The translations under genes were made by a program, and so were the position numbers. A stretch of 64,000 bases of DNA, taken from a virus. The stretch covers positions 92,733-156,732 of the IMG/VR virus record IMGVR_UViG_3300043411_001639, one strand, 5' to 3'. The notes beneath the pieces were generated by a model. It was not told the origin of the DNA. It was given only the letters and a program-made list of their open reading frames with translations, and searched no databases. Below, piece by piece: positions 31,715 to 41,444 of the stretch; within the stretch, counting starts at the first letter, position 1, and each line of letters begins with the position of its first letter.

Positions 31715-32170
31715 ATGACAGTTGAACTTCTAGTCTCTCAAATTACAAAAGACAATTTTGAAAACATCCAACAGAGATTCATTCTGTTGAAATACTTCTG
31801 TGAAGTAGGAGGAAATATTCTTCTTCAACAACTCAAATCTCCTGTGTCAAGGAACTTCCTCCCAAATAATTTCATGCGTTTTCCTAGAGACATCAAAGTA
31901 ACTATTGAACGTCTTGAGCCAGCGGCAGAAAACCAAACAGTTGAAAATTGGTTTGAACAGGTTACTCATCTAGCCAAAGATCTTCTTGAAGTTATAGTTC
32001 ATAACATTGGTGATCTAAACAACAAGAAACTTCTCCAAGAAATTAAAGAAACGGCAATTCTGTTGATGGAAAAATCAGGATATGAACAGTTTGAGGCAGT
32101 GTTATTTCCTAGTGAGGGAAACAATGATGATAGTGATCCGACTAGCGATGATCAACAACAGGTAGCTTGA
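31715..32170 (+). CDS. Hypothetical protein
   Basis: 151 aa ORF with own promoter-like site. Confidence 0.6.
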   Translation: MTVELLVSQITKDNFENIQQRFILLKYFCEVGGNILLQQLKSPVSRNFLPNNFMRFPRDIKVTIERLEPAAENQTVENWFEQVTHLAKDLLEVIVHNIGDLNNKKLLQEIKETAILLMEKSGYEQFEAVLFPSEGNNDDSDPTSDDQQQVA

Positions 32171-32175
32171 TGAAA

Positions 32176-32580
32176 TCAACCTAAACCGTTATACCCTACA
32201 ACGTTAATACTACTTGTTAGAGCAGCAGAACCAGAAAGAAAAGGCATGTCATCTCTTGATATGCTGGTTAAACCTGCAACGGCTTCAAAAGTTGAAGTTC
32301 CATTAGCGCTAAGTAAGAACAAGTCTTTTATTCTCCATTCTCCAGAATAAGAACCACTTGGAGGCAGACTAAAACAATTACCACCATTGAGAACACCGTT
32401 GTTTGTAAAACCTACCTTTAGATAGTTAGTTCCGGTATTTTTAACTGTTAGGAACTTTGTTACAAAAGGAAACTGAATTCTGGTTGTTGTGGAAGTACCA
32501 GCTATTGAATTTGTAACAAAAGGCAAAGCAGAAACTTGATATTCTGCAACATAACCAAAACCACTTTTAGGAGTATACAT
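32176..32580 (-). CDS. Small beta-rich putative virion protein
   Basis: 134 aa Gly/Ser/Thr-rich; late-promoter-like ATAGTTA 5 nt upstream on the minus strand. Confidence 0.6.
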   Translation of the reverse strand: MYTPKSGFGYVAEYQVSALPFVTNSIAGTSTTTRIQFPFVTKFLTVKNTGTNYLKVGFTNNGVLNGGNCFSLPPSGSYSGEWRIKDLFLLSANGTSTFEAVAGLTSISRDDMPFLSGSAALTSSINVVGYNGLG

Positions 32581-32616
32581 ACGTTTAACTATCAGAGAGT
32601 TAGTATATTTAATTCC

Positions 32617-33126
32617 ATGCTAAATGAAATGGTAATTGACGTTATAAACCAAGCTCAACAAGAGTTGTTTCAACAAACTGATGATTATTCAGAACTTGCT
32701 ATACTACTAGCTTTATTAAGATCATTAAATATATTACACCAATCTCATCACTGGCAATCAGAAGGTAATCAGTTTTATTCTGATCACTTGTTATTCCAAC
32801 GATTATATGAAAAAATTCAAGATGAAATTGATATAGTTGGGGAAAAAACAGTAGGTTTAGGTAAACCATATCTAACAAACTACTTTAAACAATTAAAGAT
32901 GATTAAACTGTTCTTAAAAACTTTAACAGATTCAAATGTGTCGTATACTTTAAACTCTTATAGAGCAGAACTGTTTGTTGTTGAATTTATTGAAGAAATA
33001 ATTCAAAGATTAAAACTTAAAGAGTTTCTAAGTTCGGGACTTGAACAAACACTAGGTACTATCCAAGAAACACACGAACAGTTCTGTTATCTTCTCAAAC
33101 AACAAACAAGAGAAACATCATATTGA
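32617..33126 (+). CDS. Dps/ferritin-like protein (likely start ATG 32617)
   Basis: HQSHHWQSEG..FYSDHLLFQRLYE....EID..GEK matches the Dps HW...F...H..F..lYe.......D..aE pattern. Confidence 0.75.
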   Translation: MLNEMVIDVINQAQQELFQQTDDYSELAILLALLRSLNILHQSHHWQSEGNQFYSDHLLFQRLYEKIQDEIDIVGEKTVGLGKPYLTNYFKQLKMIKLFLKTLTDSNVSYTLNSYRAELFVVEFIEEIIQRLKLKEFLSSGLEQTLGTIQETHEQFCYLLKQQTRETSY

Positions 33127-33944
33127 AACCTGTAATATATACTAGAAAAGGTTTTAAACCTTGGGAACAAGAAGAACTGCCAAGTGCTTCACAACACTTC
33201 CCTGTTTATAATCAAAGAACTCTAATTCCTGAAGGTAGTTTAGTAATTCCAAGGTACTCAGCTTTACCGTTCTATAAAGAACTGGAGAATGATGTAAAAA
33301 TCTTAGGTAGTAGATTACTAAATACTTATAACCAACACAACTATGTTGCTGATATCATTAACTGGTATGGTGATCTTGAAAACCTAACTTTTCCTACTTG
33401 GACACTAGACAGTTATTTTCCAGACAATGTTAACGGACCTTTTGTCCTTAAAGGAAGAACTAATAGCAAAAAAGACAAGTGGAATACCCACATGTTTGCT
33501 AAGAATAAAAAAGAAGCTATCAAGGTACTAGGCAATCTAAGAGATGATGATTTTATTGAACCGCAAGGTATTGTATTAAGACAATATATTCCTCTTGTTA
33601 AACTACTGGAAGATCCAATCAATAAAATGCCAGTTACTATGGAATACAGATTCTTTTGTTTAGATGGGAAAATCCTGTCATCGGGTTTTTATTGGATTAA
33701 TTTTGCTGATGAAGTTAAGGATCTAATTTCAACTAAAACTCCCGACGGGGCTACAAAACTAGTTGAACAGGTATTAAGAATAATTGAAGACAAAATTAGA
33801 TTTGTTGTAGTGGATGTTGCTTTGAAAGCAGATGGTAATGAATGGATTGTAGTAGAATTAAATGATGGTCAGCAGAGTGGTATTTCTATGAATGATCCTG
33901 AAATTCTTTATAAAAATTTATATCAGAGGTTAATATCAGGTTGA
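33123..33944 (+). CDS. ATP-grasp domain protein (R2K/DUF4343-like)
   Basis: PFVLKG..NSKK, EYRFF..DG, FVVVDVA.....WIVVELNDGQ.SG. Confidence 0.75.
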   Translation: MKPVIYTRKGFKPWEQEELPSASQHFPVYNQRTLIPEGSLVIPRYSALPFYKELENDVKILGSRLLNTYNQHNYVADIINWYGDLENLTFPTWTLDSYFPDNVNGPFVLKGRTNSKKDKWNTHMFAKNKKEAIKVLGNLRDDDFIEPQGIVLRQYIPLVKLLEDPINKMPVTMEYRFFCLDGKILSSGFYWINFADEVKDLISTKTPDGATKLVEQVLRIIEDKIRFVVVDVALKADGNEWIVVELNDGQQSGISMNDPEILYKNLYQRLISG

Positions 33945-34273
33945 GGGAAAGCTTCAATGACAATATCATGTCCTGCTATCCAAGCTACTTGTTTGTAGTG
34001 TTCAAAAAATACTGGATAAAGTAGTACGTCATCATCGCCATATGTGTTTTGTTCTTTGTGTTCTTTTAGATAACTTCTCTTTGTTTTTGCAGGTCTTCCA
34101 TCTATCTTACCTAAACTTCCTTGTTTAACCCCTCCTACAAATTTTGGATTAATATATCCTCTGTCATCAAAAATATACTGTCCATTTATATTTGGAACTG
34201 TATAAACAGAAGCAGGAATATCTCTTACATCTGTTGAGTGAGATCTTGAAACTTTAACTAAATCACCTATCAT
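33923..34273 (-). CDS. Hypothetical protein coupled to GroEL
   Basis: 116 aa ORF whose start overlaps the groEL stop. Confidence 0.6.
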   Translation of the reverse strand: MIGDLVKVSRSHSTDVRDIPASVYTVPNINGQYIFDDRGYINPKFVGGVKQGSLGKIDGRPAKTKRSYLKEHKEQNTYGDDDVLLYPVFFEHYKQVAWIAGHDIVIEAFPQPDINL

Positions 34274-35919
34274 TGTTGTTCACCTTTACTTGTTAATTCT
34301 GATTCATTTTCATTCATAATTACACCGCCTGAAGTTAGAACCGTTCCAACAACACTTGAAGCATGTTGTAAAGCATGTTTTGCTACTTTTACTGGATCTA
34401 TTATTCCAAGTTGTATTAAATCTCCAAACTGTTCTGTTGAAGCATCATATCCATATGAAAAACTTTGATCTGTTGCTTGTTCAAGTTTCTCACAAACAAT
34501 CTCTGAACTTTTACCAGTATTTTCAACTATGGTTCTAAGAGGTTCTTTACAAGCATGAAGAACCGTTAAATAACCTGTTCTTTTGTCACCTTTTAATACT
34601 TGATGCCTTTCTAGTTGTTTCTCAAGAGTTCCAGCAATTTTAAACAACGCTGTTCCTCCTCCTGGTATAATTCCTTCTTGAACTGCTGCTATTGTAGCAT
34701 TCAAAGCATCTTCAACCCTGTCTTTTTTTTCAAAAATTTCAGGTTCAGAACTTCCTCCTACTCTAATAACTGCTATTCCACCAGCTAGTTTAGCTAGTCT
34801 TTTTCTCTGACTAACTCTTTGATTATCTGTTAGATGTTCATTAAGAGAACCCTTGATATCTTCAATTCTCTTCTGTAGTTTTTGTTTTACTTCAACTGTT
34901 GCTTCTTCACATAAAAAAGTAGCAGTAGTTCTTGAAACTATAATTTTTTTACATGTTCCAAGATCTTTGGTTGTTAGTTTTTTCAGAGAGTTTTCATTCC
35001 CAGCGTCCAACACAGTACCTTGAGTTAATAAACCCATGTCATGCAACAGATCTATTCTATAATCTCCAAACCCAGGTGCTTTAATAGCACAACATTTTAA
35101 TACTTCTTTCATCTTATTAACAATAAGACTGTGTAAAGCTTCTCCTTCTATCTCGTCTCCTATTACTAGAAGAGATCTATTTTCATTAGCTACTGCTTCT
35201 AGTACAGGAATTAAATCTTGCAGGTTTGATATTTTCCTGTTTGTTATTAAAACATATGGGTTTTCTAACTCTGCTATGTTTTTTTCTTGATTTGTTATGA
35301 AATAAGGTGAAACATATCCTGATTCAACCTGCATTCCTTCAACAACTTCAAGTGTAGTGTTAAAAGATTTAGTGGGCTCAATAGTAATAATACCATCTGG
35401 ACCTACAAGTTTAATGGCTGATGCTATCAACCTACCAACTGTTTTATCACCGTTAGCTGATATGGTTCCTATGTTTACTATATCTTCTTCATTTCTAACA
35501 GGGATTGATTTTAGACTATTAAGAACATCTCTAGTAGCAAGATCCATTCCTTGTTTGAACAAGATTGGGTTTGCTCCTGCTTCAATAAGTTTATGTCCTT
35601 CCTTTAACAAAGAAAATGCTAACACTACCGATGTTGTAGTACCATCCCCCGCATTGTCATTAGTTTTACTTGCTACTTCTTTAAGAAGTTCTGCTCCTAT
35701 ACTTGGAAGTTTTTTTCTTAAGTTGATAGCTCTAGCGACCGTAACACCATCTTTTGTAATCTGAGGTAACTGATTCCCTCTGTCAATGATAATGTTTTTA
35801 CCGGAAGGACCCATGGTAGTTTTTACAGCTCTATATAAAACCTCTGCTCCTTCTAACAAACCCTTTCTTGCTTCGCTGTCAAACACTACATCTTGTTTTA
35901 GTTTTAAACTGTTAATCAT
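34270..35919 (-). CDS. groEL: Phage-encoded chaperonin GroEL (Cpn60)
   Basis: VKTTMGPSG, ITKDGVTVA, AGDGTTT, KAPGFGD, RLAKLAGG.AVI.VG, DRVEDALNAT, GIIDPVKV. Confidence 0.97.
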   Translation of the reverse strand: MINSLKLKQDVVFDSEARKGLLEGAEVLYRAVKTTMGPSGKNIIIDRGNQLPQITKDGVTVARAINLRKKLPSIGAELLKEVASKTNDNAGDGTTTSVVLAFSLLKEGHKLIEAGANPILFKQGMDLATRDVLNSLKSIPVRNEEDIVNIGTISANGDKTVGRLIASAIKLVGPDGIITIEPTKSFNTTLEVVEGMQVESGYVSPYFITNQEKNIAELENPYVLITNRKISNLQDLIPVLEAVANENRSLLVIGDEIEGEALHSLIVNKMKEVLKCCAIKAPGFGDYRIDLLHDMGLLTQGTVLDAGNENSLKKLTTKDLGTCKKIIVSRTTATFLCEEATVEVKQKLQKRIEDIKGSLNEHLTDNQRVSQRKRLAKLAGGIAVIRVGGSSEPEIFEKKDRVEDALNATIAAVQEGIIPGGGTALFKIAGTLEKQLERHQVLKGDKRTGYLTVLHACKEPLRTIVENTGKSSEIVCEKLEQATDQSFSYGYDASTEQFGDLIQLGIIDPVKVAKHALQHASSVVGTVLTSGGVIMNENESELTSKGEQQ

Positions 35920-35926
35920 CTATTTG

Positions 35927-36328
35927 TTATACCTTTATTGTCTTGTTGTTGCCAAGATCTACAATTAATTCTTGTGAAGGTTGTGTTTGTATAAATCCAG
36001 GTTCAGAAACAAGTCCTGAATACCATGTCTCTGCTTTTAAATTTGCATCTTTACACATGGTATCTAAACTTTGTTGAAAATTTCTTACCAAGTATTCTTT
36101 TACTAGATCAAGAGTTGGAAGAACAGTAAACTTACCAAACTGTTCTTCCAGTTTTTGAAAATCACAAACTTGGTTTAACTTTGGATCTCCAACAAGAAAT
36201 TTATAAGTTATTTCTTCTTCGTTGAATCCTATTTTTCTTTTTTTGATTTCTTCAGAAACTAATAATGGTACTATGTTAAGAGTTTTGCTGGATATCAAAA
36301 ACACTACTTGCCCAGGTGTAAAATTCAT
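35927..36328 (-). CDS. Hypothetical protein
   Basis: 133 aa ORF in the minus-strand operon. Confidence 0.6.
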   Translation of the reverse strand: MNFTPGQVVFLISSKTLNIVPLLVSEEIKKRKIGFNEEEITYKFLVGDPKLNQVCDFQKLEEQFGKFTVLPTLDLVKEYLVRNFQQSLDTMCKDANLKAETWYSGLVSEPGFIQTQPSQELIVDLGNNKTIKV

Positions 36329-36336
36329 CTAGTTTA

Positions 36337-36756
36337 TCAACCTGCTTGTTCTAGAGATTTTAAATAATCTTCAGTAAGAATTAAGAAGTTAGTTCTGAGA
36401 TGTTTGCTTTCATATGGAGTAAAATCAAGCTTAGCAAGTTCTTTTTTAAATCTTGTTTCTAAATGGTGTCCTCCATGTGTTTGATAACATTCATAAAGTT
36501 TTTTTAATGCTGTACCGTGAAATTCTAGAACTGTGATATCAGTAACAGGTTGTTTGTTATTAATTCTTTCTTGAAGAAACTTCTGAGCTTCAACCAGAAC
36601 AAATGGTTCAACTCTATTATCTGCATTGTGTTTTCTTTGATAGATCGCTGCTCTTAGCTCTGAGAATGCTTTTAACAATCTGGATTCAAGAGTGAATCCA
36701 CCTATATTAATGGCTGTTGCAGCTATTGCATCAACGAATGAAGGATGTAATTTCAT
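36337..36756 (-). CDS. Hypothetical protein
   Basis: 139 aa ORF; weak internal repeat (LESRLLKAFSEL / LETRFKKELAKL). Confidence 0.6.
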   Translation of the reverse strand: MKLHPSFVDAIAATAINIGGFTLESRLLKAFSELRAAIYQRKHNADNRVEPFVLVEAQKFLQERINNKQPVTDITVLEFHGTALKKLYECYQTHGGHHLETRFKKELAKLDFTPYESKHLRTNFLILTEDYLKSLEQAG

Positions 36757-37244
36757 AGTTGTCCTAGTTTTTCTTTCATCTCTTTTATTTTTTCTAAACC
36801 ATCTTGATAGATTTGTTTTCTTGAACCTTGAGTTTCAGAAATCTGTTGTTTGAGTTTCTCTTCTTTGTTTAAAATAACATCAAGAAGTTGTTGTCCTTCT
36901 TTCTTGGCTTCTGAAAGTGTTTTCATTCCTAACAACAAACGGATTCTATCATGTTCAGTTACTGAAAGTTGGCTGAATAAAAACTCCAGGTTCACAAACT
37001 TATATGGAAGTTGTTCAATGATTTCTTGTGGTACTCCAGAGTTTGGATCTGTTTCATATTCATCTGTCTTATGATAACCAAACAAGAACAACATTGCTGG
37101 CATCTTCTTGTCTTTAGGAACTTCAATATAAGGAATAGGATTTACTTTACCACCGGGAATTTCGGGTGTCTCATAGAGAATCTCTGGTATGGTACTCCAA
37201 ACATATTCTTTAGGAATAGTTTGTTTTTTATTACTATCACCCAT
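36753..37244 (-). CDS. Hypothetical protein
   Basis: 163 aa ORF overlapping its neighbours. Confidence 0.6.
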   Translation of the reverse strand: MGDSNKKQTIPKEYVWSTIPEILYETPEIPGGKVNPIPYIEVPKDKKMPAMLFLFGYHKTDEYETDPNSGVPQEIIEQLPYKFVNLEFLFSQLSVTEHDRIRLLLGMKTLSEAKKEGQQLLDVILNKEEKLKQQISETQGSRKQIYQDGLEKIKEMKEKLGQL

Positions 37245-37533
37245 TTTCTCTTACTCCTGTTGCATCAAGAATCTCCATGAACAAGTCATAGTTTTCTTTG
37301 TGTTTTACTTTTTGCTTCAAACTAACAGTTTGCATAGCAATCTTAAGTGTTTTGGTATCAAGCTTAGAACTAAACTCTTCAACCAAAGCTTTTTCATCTT
37401 CTTTTAGAAGTTCTTGTTCGTTCTTAACAACTTGATATCTCTTCATGAACTCATCAACTATTGGTTGAAGTTCAGTTAAAGACATTGGTTGTGAATCAGG
37501 TTCATTATTATCTTGTTTTTTTTTACGTGCCAT
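37237..37533 (-). CDS. GapR (DUF2312)/T4 DsbA-like dsDNA-binding protein
   Basis: L..IVDEF..R...VKNEQELLKED.K.LVEE....LD.KTLK.A coiled-coil pattern, 98 aa. Confidence 0.55.
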   Translation of the reverse strand: MARKKKQDNNEPDSQPMSLTELQPIVDEFMKRYQVVKNEQELLKEDEKALVEEFSSKLDTKTLKIAMQTVSLKQKVKHKENYDLFMEILDATGVRENG

Positions 37534-37562
37534 AACATAAAAAAGAATGTAATAAACGAACG

Positions 37563-38591
37563 TTATTGTATAGTGATGCTATTGATCTGAGCTATAAGTT
37601 TGTCAATGTCACTCTTAGCAGATGGTACTTGTTGTTTCAACTGTTCTAACTCAACTAAAATCTGTTTTTTATACTCTTTTTTTACTGCAATTACAACAAC
37701 CTTCTTAGAACCTTCAACATCTTGAGCTGATATAGCTTTGGTTTTAAATCCTTTTGATAGTTGTTGTTGCAGAGCACTGCCTTTTGATCCTAGTATTTTT
37801 ATCAGTTGTGAGTAGTCGGCATTTAAAACCTCTGTAATCGTTTGAAATATTGCAGATAGTATTTCTTGCCTAACTAATTTAATCTCCCCTAGTGACTCTT
37901 CAGAAACCTCTGGCAAGGGATTATCTTCCTTTTCAAATATAACAGATTCAAACACAGCAAAATTCTTCTCTTTGTTCCACCAGTGTTTTCTATCATCTGG
38001 ATCAAGATGAGGTTTTGGATGAGCATGATGTGAATTATGTTCCATGTCTAAACCTAGAACTTCAAATACTTCTCTGGTAATTTCTGGAGAGAACTGAGTT
38101 AGTTTAGTACCAAGAAACAAGGTAGGATCAAGAAGAAAAGCCATGCCTTGTAAGTCATGGTCTTTTAACATATCTAGGTTTCTGTGTATAACACCAGCAT
38201 ATCTGCTATGAAGTTTTGATAACTTATCATCTAAGTTCTTCTTGATAACTTCCCAATTATCTGTTTTCATAAACGGAACTATGAGTTTTGGAACATTGGT
38301 AATAAGATATTTTAGTGTTTGAACTGCACTTGTTGTTAGGTTTTTAACCCCATAAACTGCTGTGTTAAAAATATCTGTTAAAGGTCTAACAAATGTTGTT
38401 ATTAAAGGATCAGTCCAAGGCGAAGCATTACCAGCACCTTCATATCCTCCACCCATTCCGCCATGTAATCCAGAAGGATAACCAGTGCTATAACTACTAT
38501 CTCCCCCACCATCACCCCCTCCATCATCTTCAACTAAAATAACAGATTCAACCAGTTGTTTTATTCTTATTTTGTTTCTTTTTTGACTCAT
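37563..38591 (-). CDS. Hypothetical protein, candidate internal head protein
   Basis: IKQLVESVILVE leader, Gly-rich linker, second VFESVIFE motif. Confidence 0.6.
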   Translation of the reverse strand: MSQKRNKIRIKQLVESVILVEDDGGGDGGGDSSYSTGYPSGLHGGMGGGYEGAGNASPWTDPLITTFVRPLTDIFNTAVYGVKNLTTSAVQTLKYLITNVPKLIVPFMKTDNWEVIKKNLDDKLSKLHSRYAGVIHRNLDMLKDHDLQGMAFLLDPTLFLGTKLTQFSPEITREVFEVLGLDMEHNSHHAHPKPHLDPDDRKHWWNKEKNFAVFESVIFEKEDNPLPEVSEESLGEIKLVRQEILSAIFQTITEVLNADYSQLIKILGSKGSALQQQLSKGFKTKAISAQDVEGSKKVVVIAVKKEYKKQILVELEQLKQQVPSAKSDIDKLIAQINSITIQ

Positions 38592-38901
38592 TTATTTCTC
38601 TAAGTTTCCAACCTCTGGTTTTATGTTTGTTCTTGTTCCATTGTTTTTTGTCATGAAGTTTTAAAGGATCTATATAAACTTCGTTGCCTGATATCTGTTT
38701 CCAAAACTTAATTATTTCTCTCTCAAGTCTGTTGATAGAATGTTTTTTAGATTTTGGATGACGAGTGCTAAACCTTTTCCTTTGTTTGTTGTTGATGTTG
38801 TTTAACAGTTCTCTCTTGATCCTAAACCAATCCACAGTAACATTTTGTATGTATAGATAGATAAATCTTATTTTTAGTTGCAAGTATTTACTCAGTCTCA
38901 T
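38548..38901 (-). CDS. Basic hypothetical protein (likely start 38901)
   Basis: K/R-rich ORF; an upstream start would overlap the divergent gene. Confidence 0.5.
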   Translation of the reverse strand: MRLSKYLQLKIRFIYLYIQNVTVDWFRIKRELLNNINNKQRKRFSTRHPKSKKHSINRLEREIIKFWKQISGNEVYIDPLKLHDKKQWNKNKHKTRGWKLREINESKKKQNKNKTTG

Positions 38902-38906
38902 ATGAT
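38878..38906 (+). promoter_or_regulatory. Sigma70-type promoter, leaderless
   Basis: TTGCAA-N17-TATGAT, 6 nt before GTG 38913. Confidence 0.55.
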
Positions 38907-38912
38907 AACCTT

Positions 38913-39461
38913 GTGATAAAGTATGGATATATAAATGGTTGTTTTCAACCTCTAACAAATGGACACGCTAAACTAATAATCAATGCAGCCAAACAGGTTG
39001 ATTACCTTTGTGTGTTTAAATCTGTCAAACAACGTGATAAACAATTTGAATGGTGGTATTTTGAATATGTGTGGTCATTGTTACTAAAAGAATTAGAAGA
39101 ACAAAAATTAACCAACGTAAGATTTATAGGAACTGTTCAAAGTCCTAGAAAAGATGTGTTGGTACATCTTCATTGGTTTGATCAAATGCAAACCAACAAC
39201 TCTGAACACTGGTTGTTCTCTGATGAACAAGATATTATAGAAGATTCACAATTAGAAAAATTCTGTCCGGCTTTATTAAAAAACAGCCAAATAATAAAAC
39301 ACCAAACTCCAAGAGAACTAACAGACGGTATTTCAGGAACCAAAATGAGAAACTGGTTCAAAGAGAATAACCAATTAGAATTTTTAAAAGGTTTACCTGA
39401 ATTTATACCAGACCAAGTCAAAGTTGACATCTGGAACTACGCCAAACAAACTAATAAATAA
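38913..39461 (+). CDS. HxGH-superfamily nucleotidyltransferase (cytidyltransferase-like)
   Basis: GCFQPLTNGH and GISGTKMR motifs. Confidence 0.8.
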   Translation: MIKYGYINGCFQPLTNGHAKLIINAAKQVDYLCVFKSVKQRDKQFEWWYFEYVWSLLLKELEEQKLTNVRFIGTVQSPRKDVLVHLHWFDQMQTNNSEHWLFSDEQDIIEDSQLEKFCPALLKNSQIIKHQTPRELTDGISGTKMRNWFKENNQLEFLKGLPEFIPDQVKVDIWNYAKQTNK

Positions 39462-39486
39462 AGCCTATATTTATGCCATATAGTTT

Positions 39487-41400
39487 ATGGCACAATCTTC
39501 TTCTCCCAATAATAAAAACACAACTTTCTTTCAGGATTTAACAAGGCTGTTCAGACAAGGGCCTTTAATCCGTAGAAAAATCAAAGCAGGAGTTCAACCT
39601 GCCGCCAACAACATTGACACTAAAAGTCCTATCAACAATCTAGGGAACTATGGTTTTGGTTCTTTCAGGCGTGCTGTATCTTCACCTTTCTCAACACAGG
39701 GGACATATGGACAGATTGACCGAGAGATTAGATATGCTGAATACCAAGACATGGAATATTATTCAGAAACCTCTAAAGCTCTGGATCTCTATGCTGATGA
39801 AACTTGTTCTGGGGATGAGAATGGCCGTTGTTTCCATGTTTTCTCAGACAGTCCTGAGATTCAAAGATCTCTTGAAGAACTGTTTTATGATATCTGCAAT
39901 GCAGACTTTGACCTAAGAAGATGGGTTAGAGACTTTTGTAAGTACGGTGAGTGCTACCTCCATGTTGAAGTTGAACCAAATGAAGGAGTAACAGGAATAA
40001 CTCCATTGTCTGTTAACGATGTTGACAGAGAAGAGGGATTTGATGAAAAAAACAAAAGTGCAGTAAGATTTAAAGTTAAATCAGCTATGTCAAACTCAAG
40101 ATACCTTGAAAACTGGCAGGTATTGCATTTTAGAAGAGTAGGAAATGACTGGTTTCTTCCCTATGGTACTAGTTTACTAGAACCTGCTAGAAGACCTTGG
40201 AGACAATTAATTTTGATGGAAGATGCTATGATGGTTTATAGACTGATTAGATCTCCAGAAAGAAGAGTGTTTTATATTGACGTAACAGGTATAAAACCCG
40301 AACAAGTGCCAAATTTCATGGAACAGGTTGAAAGCTCCATGAAAAGAAACATTTCTGTTGATAGATTAACAGGAAGATCAGATCTAAGACATGCAGCACT
40401 TGATCCTCTTGATGATTATTTTCTACCTACTAGACCTAACAACCTAACAAAAATTGAAAGTCTTCCAGGTGCTCAACATATAACAGCAATAGAAGACATT
40501 GAATATATCCAAAGAAAACTAACGGCAGCTCTAGGAATACCAAGAGCCTATCTTTCCTATGATGATGGACTAGGAAGCAAAGCAAGTCTTTCCCAAGAGG
40601 ATATCAGATTTGCTAGAACCATCAACAACATCCAGAAAGTTATCATAGCAGAACTTAACCAACTTGCAGTTCTACATCTTTATGCTCAAGGATTTGACGG
40701 AGAAGATCTAGTAAACTTTGAACTAAAACTTAGTTCACCAAGCACGTTAGCTGTTCAGCAAAAACTTAACCTTTGGGCACAAAAATTTGAAGTAGCTGAT
40801 GCTGCAAAACAGAGTGAACTTGTAAATGAAGAATGGATTATGTCTAACATCTTAGAATTAAGAAAAGATGATATTATTCAAATTTTTGCTGGAAAAGAAA
40901 GAGATGTTATCAGAAACAAAACCTTGGATGCATTAGAACCACCTAATCCAAAAGACAAAACAACAGACGATGCTATTTTAAATCCTTTTGATCCAACAAA
41001 CTATCAAGTTCCTAGTACAACAGGGAAGGAAAACACAGATGATAGTCAACAGTCAGTCTCAGGTTCCATAACCATAACTCCCCTCTCTCCCCCCTATATG
41101 AATAGGATTACACAACAGTCTATCTTCAACCCTGATGCCCTTCCTATCAAGACTAATTACCAACCTCAAGGATTTATGAAGACTATGTTTGGGGAGGAAC
41201 AATCAACCAAGACAGGGCTTCTTAGTTCTATTCTAACAGAAGACTTGAAGACTGGTTTTGAATTCAAACAAAAGAACAGTTTCATTGGAAAAGTATTGAG
41301 AGAAAAACTTAATGCATTTAAAGTTTCAAAACAACTAAACACCAACTCTAAATCAGAAATAGTCTTTGATTTGCAAATTATAAACGAAAACATCAAATAA
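39487..41400 (+). CDS. Portal protein (T4 gp20-like)
   Basis: ALDLYADE, PYGTSLLE.ARR.W.QL.LMEDAM.VYR..RSPERRVFYIDV, DDYFLP, IESLPG, EDIRFARTI. Confidence 0.95.
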   Translation: MAQSSSPNNKNTTFFQDLTRLFRQGPLIRRKIKAGVQPAANNIDTKSPINNLGNYGFGSFRRAVSSPFSTQGTYGQIDREIRYAEYQDMEYYSETSKALDLYADETCSGDENGRCFHVFSDSPEIQRSLEELFYDICNADFDLRRWVRDFCKYGECYLHVEVEPNEGVTGITPLSVNDVDREEGFDEKNKSAVRFKVKSAMSNSRYLENWQVLHFRRVGNDWFLPYGTSLLEPARRPWRQLILMEDAMMVYRLIRSPERRVFYIDVTGIKPEQVPNFMEQVESSMKRNISVDRLTGRSDLRHAALDPLDDYFLPTRPNNLTKIESLPGAQHITAIEDIEYIQRKLTAALGIPRAYLSYDDGLGSKASLSQEDIRFARTINNIQKVIIAELNQLAVLHLYAQGFDGEDLVNFELKLSSPSTLAVQQKLNLWAQKFEVADAAKQSELVNEEWIMSNILELRKDDIIQIFAGKERDVIRNKTLDALEPPNPKDKTTDDAILNPFDPTNYQVPSTTGKENTDDSQQSVSGSITITPLSPPYMNRITQQSIFNPDALPIKTNYQPQGFMKTMFGEEQSTKTGLLSSILTEDLKTGFEFKQKNSFIGKVLREKLNAFKVSKQLNTNSKSEIVFDLQIINENIK

Positions 41401-41444
41401 TCTGAGATAGTTAATGATAACGGAAAAGCACCAACGGAAAACAA

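Noticed and set aside
33923-34273. GroES call for the ORF next to groEL
   Set aside because: Lacks the PL.DRV and mobile-loop GGI motifs
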